DNA of 63,558 nt, counting the filler, from Octopus bimaculoides (lineage: Eukaryota), in the NCBI RefSeq assembly GCF_001194135.2. It is 6 parts of 6 records of this genome, joined end to end, with 100 filler letters (N's around TTAATTAATTAA, not from the genome) between each part and the next. Parts side by side here need not be neighbours in the genome. Positions count along the whole stretch, not along the records: positions 58,549 to 63,558 come from NC_069010.1; 5 more parts are not named here. One strand, given 5' to 3'. The translations under genes and the position numbers were made by a program. Each line of letters opens with the position of its first letter. Within the stretch, counting starts at the first letter, position 1. A model generated the notes under the pieces. The model made no database searches. It saw only the letters and a program-made list of their open reading frames with translations, and was not told the origin of the DNA. Positions 62,686 to 63,558 of this stretch are shown in pieces.

Positions 62686-62950
62686 GCGCGAAAGCGAGCT
62701 GCGCGAAAGCGAGCTGCGTGAAAGCGAGCTGCGCGAAAGCGAGCTGCGCGAAAGCGAGCTGCGTGAAAGCGAGCTGCGCGAAAGCGCACTGCTGGTGTAG
62801 TGAATGGGGAAAGCTTGGTCTGCAATGTTTGCAGTCGTATATGCTTGTCAAGAGCAGTGCTCATTAGCCACCAACGGAGACGCAAATGCAAAATATTAGT
62901 CCTAGAGCGCACAATGTTCCTGAAGGTCGGCAATGGTCTTCCTCGGTCAC
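62686..62950 (+). mobile_element. RTE/BovB-like LINE 3' end with C2H2-type finger and a 15-bp repeat expansion
   Basis: (gcgcgaaagcgagct)n, in frame with NGESLVCNVCSRICLSRAVLISHQRR. Confidence 0.6.
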
Positions 62951-62965
62951 GAGTGGATGGCCATC

Positions 62966-63041
<76 letters not shown>

Positions 63042-63558
63042 ACATATGCATATGAATAAATGTATATATTCACTGGGAGTGAAGGGTTCCCAATTCTTGC
63101 TAGAACTTCCTTCTAGGAGAAGGTAAAGTTGTATCAAAACACATAAACTGGAATTGGTTTCTGGCCGTCTCGATCTCTGTTGTGTCACCGGTTTCATAAC
63201 TTGGTTACTCGGTCACAAGTCAATTTTCACAATGTATGTATGTATGTATGTTTGTATGTATGCATGCATGCATGCTTGTATGTATGTATGCCTATAATGT
63301 GTCTACATATATATTCCTGTGTGTGTATGTATGACATAAATGTCTCATGTTAGGAGGGACTCTTATGGTAGCTTTGACTTTAAAAGTCCCTCCTAGCATG
63401 TGGCATTTATGTATAGTAATGCCCTTAATATATATATAAATAAATATATTTATAGGGAATAATTAATAAATGTTTCCCTTATGAGGTTTTTCACGCTAAC
63501 TACTTGATAAATTCTTATAAAGATTTTATCCTATTTTAAATTATATATATATATATAT

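Overview
AT-rich, gapped eukaryotic scaffold that is almost entirely repeats. The microsatellite density and tRNA-derived SINE families suggest a coleoid cephalopod (probably Octopus); this is inferred from sequence style, not a database match. Nearly all long ORFs in the supplied track are microsatellite or N-gap artefacts. Recognisable content is decayed transposons: an RTE-clade LINE with a PHD-type finger inside its RT region, an R4/Dong-like RLE LINE next to (TAA)n, a CR1/L2-group LINE, several Penelope-like elements (PLEs; RT and GIY-YIG pieces), three mariners, a rosa/Visitor-type element with DD46D spacing, a Tigger piece, a Buster-type hAT, Helitron-like ends, piggyBac-type MITEs and at least four SINE families. 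The most notable observation is a 248-bp non-coding element (27932-28179) carrying a minimal hammerhead ribozyme, inverted arms and a 13-bp target-site duplication. Four weaker hammerhead-like folds lie elsewhere, and a PLE endonuclease fragment shows the same head-to-head architecture. Also notable are a SINE/LINE shared 3' tail, two pre-miRNA-like hairpins and three phase-1 symmetric candidate host exons near 54.3-55.0 kb. All structures were read by eye. No alignments or folding programs were run, so boundaries of decayed elements are approximate (tens of bp).
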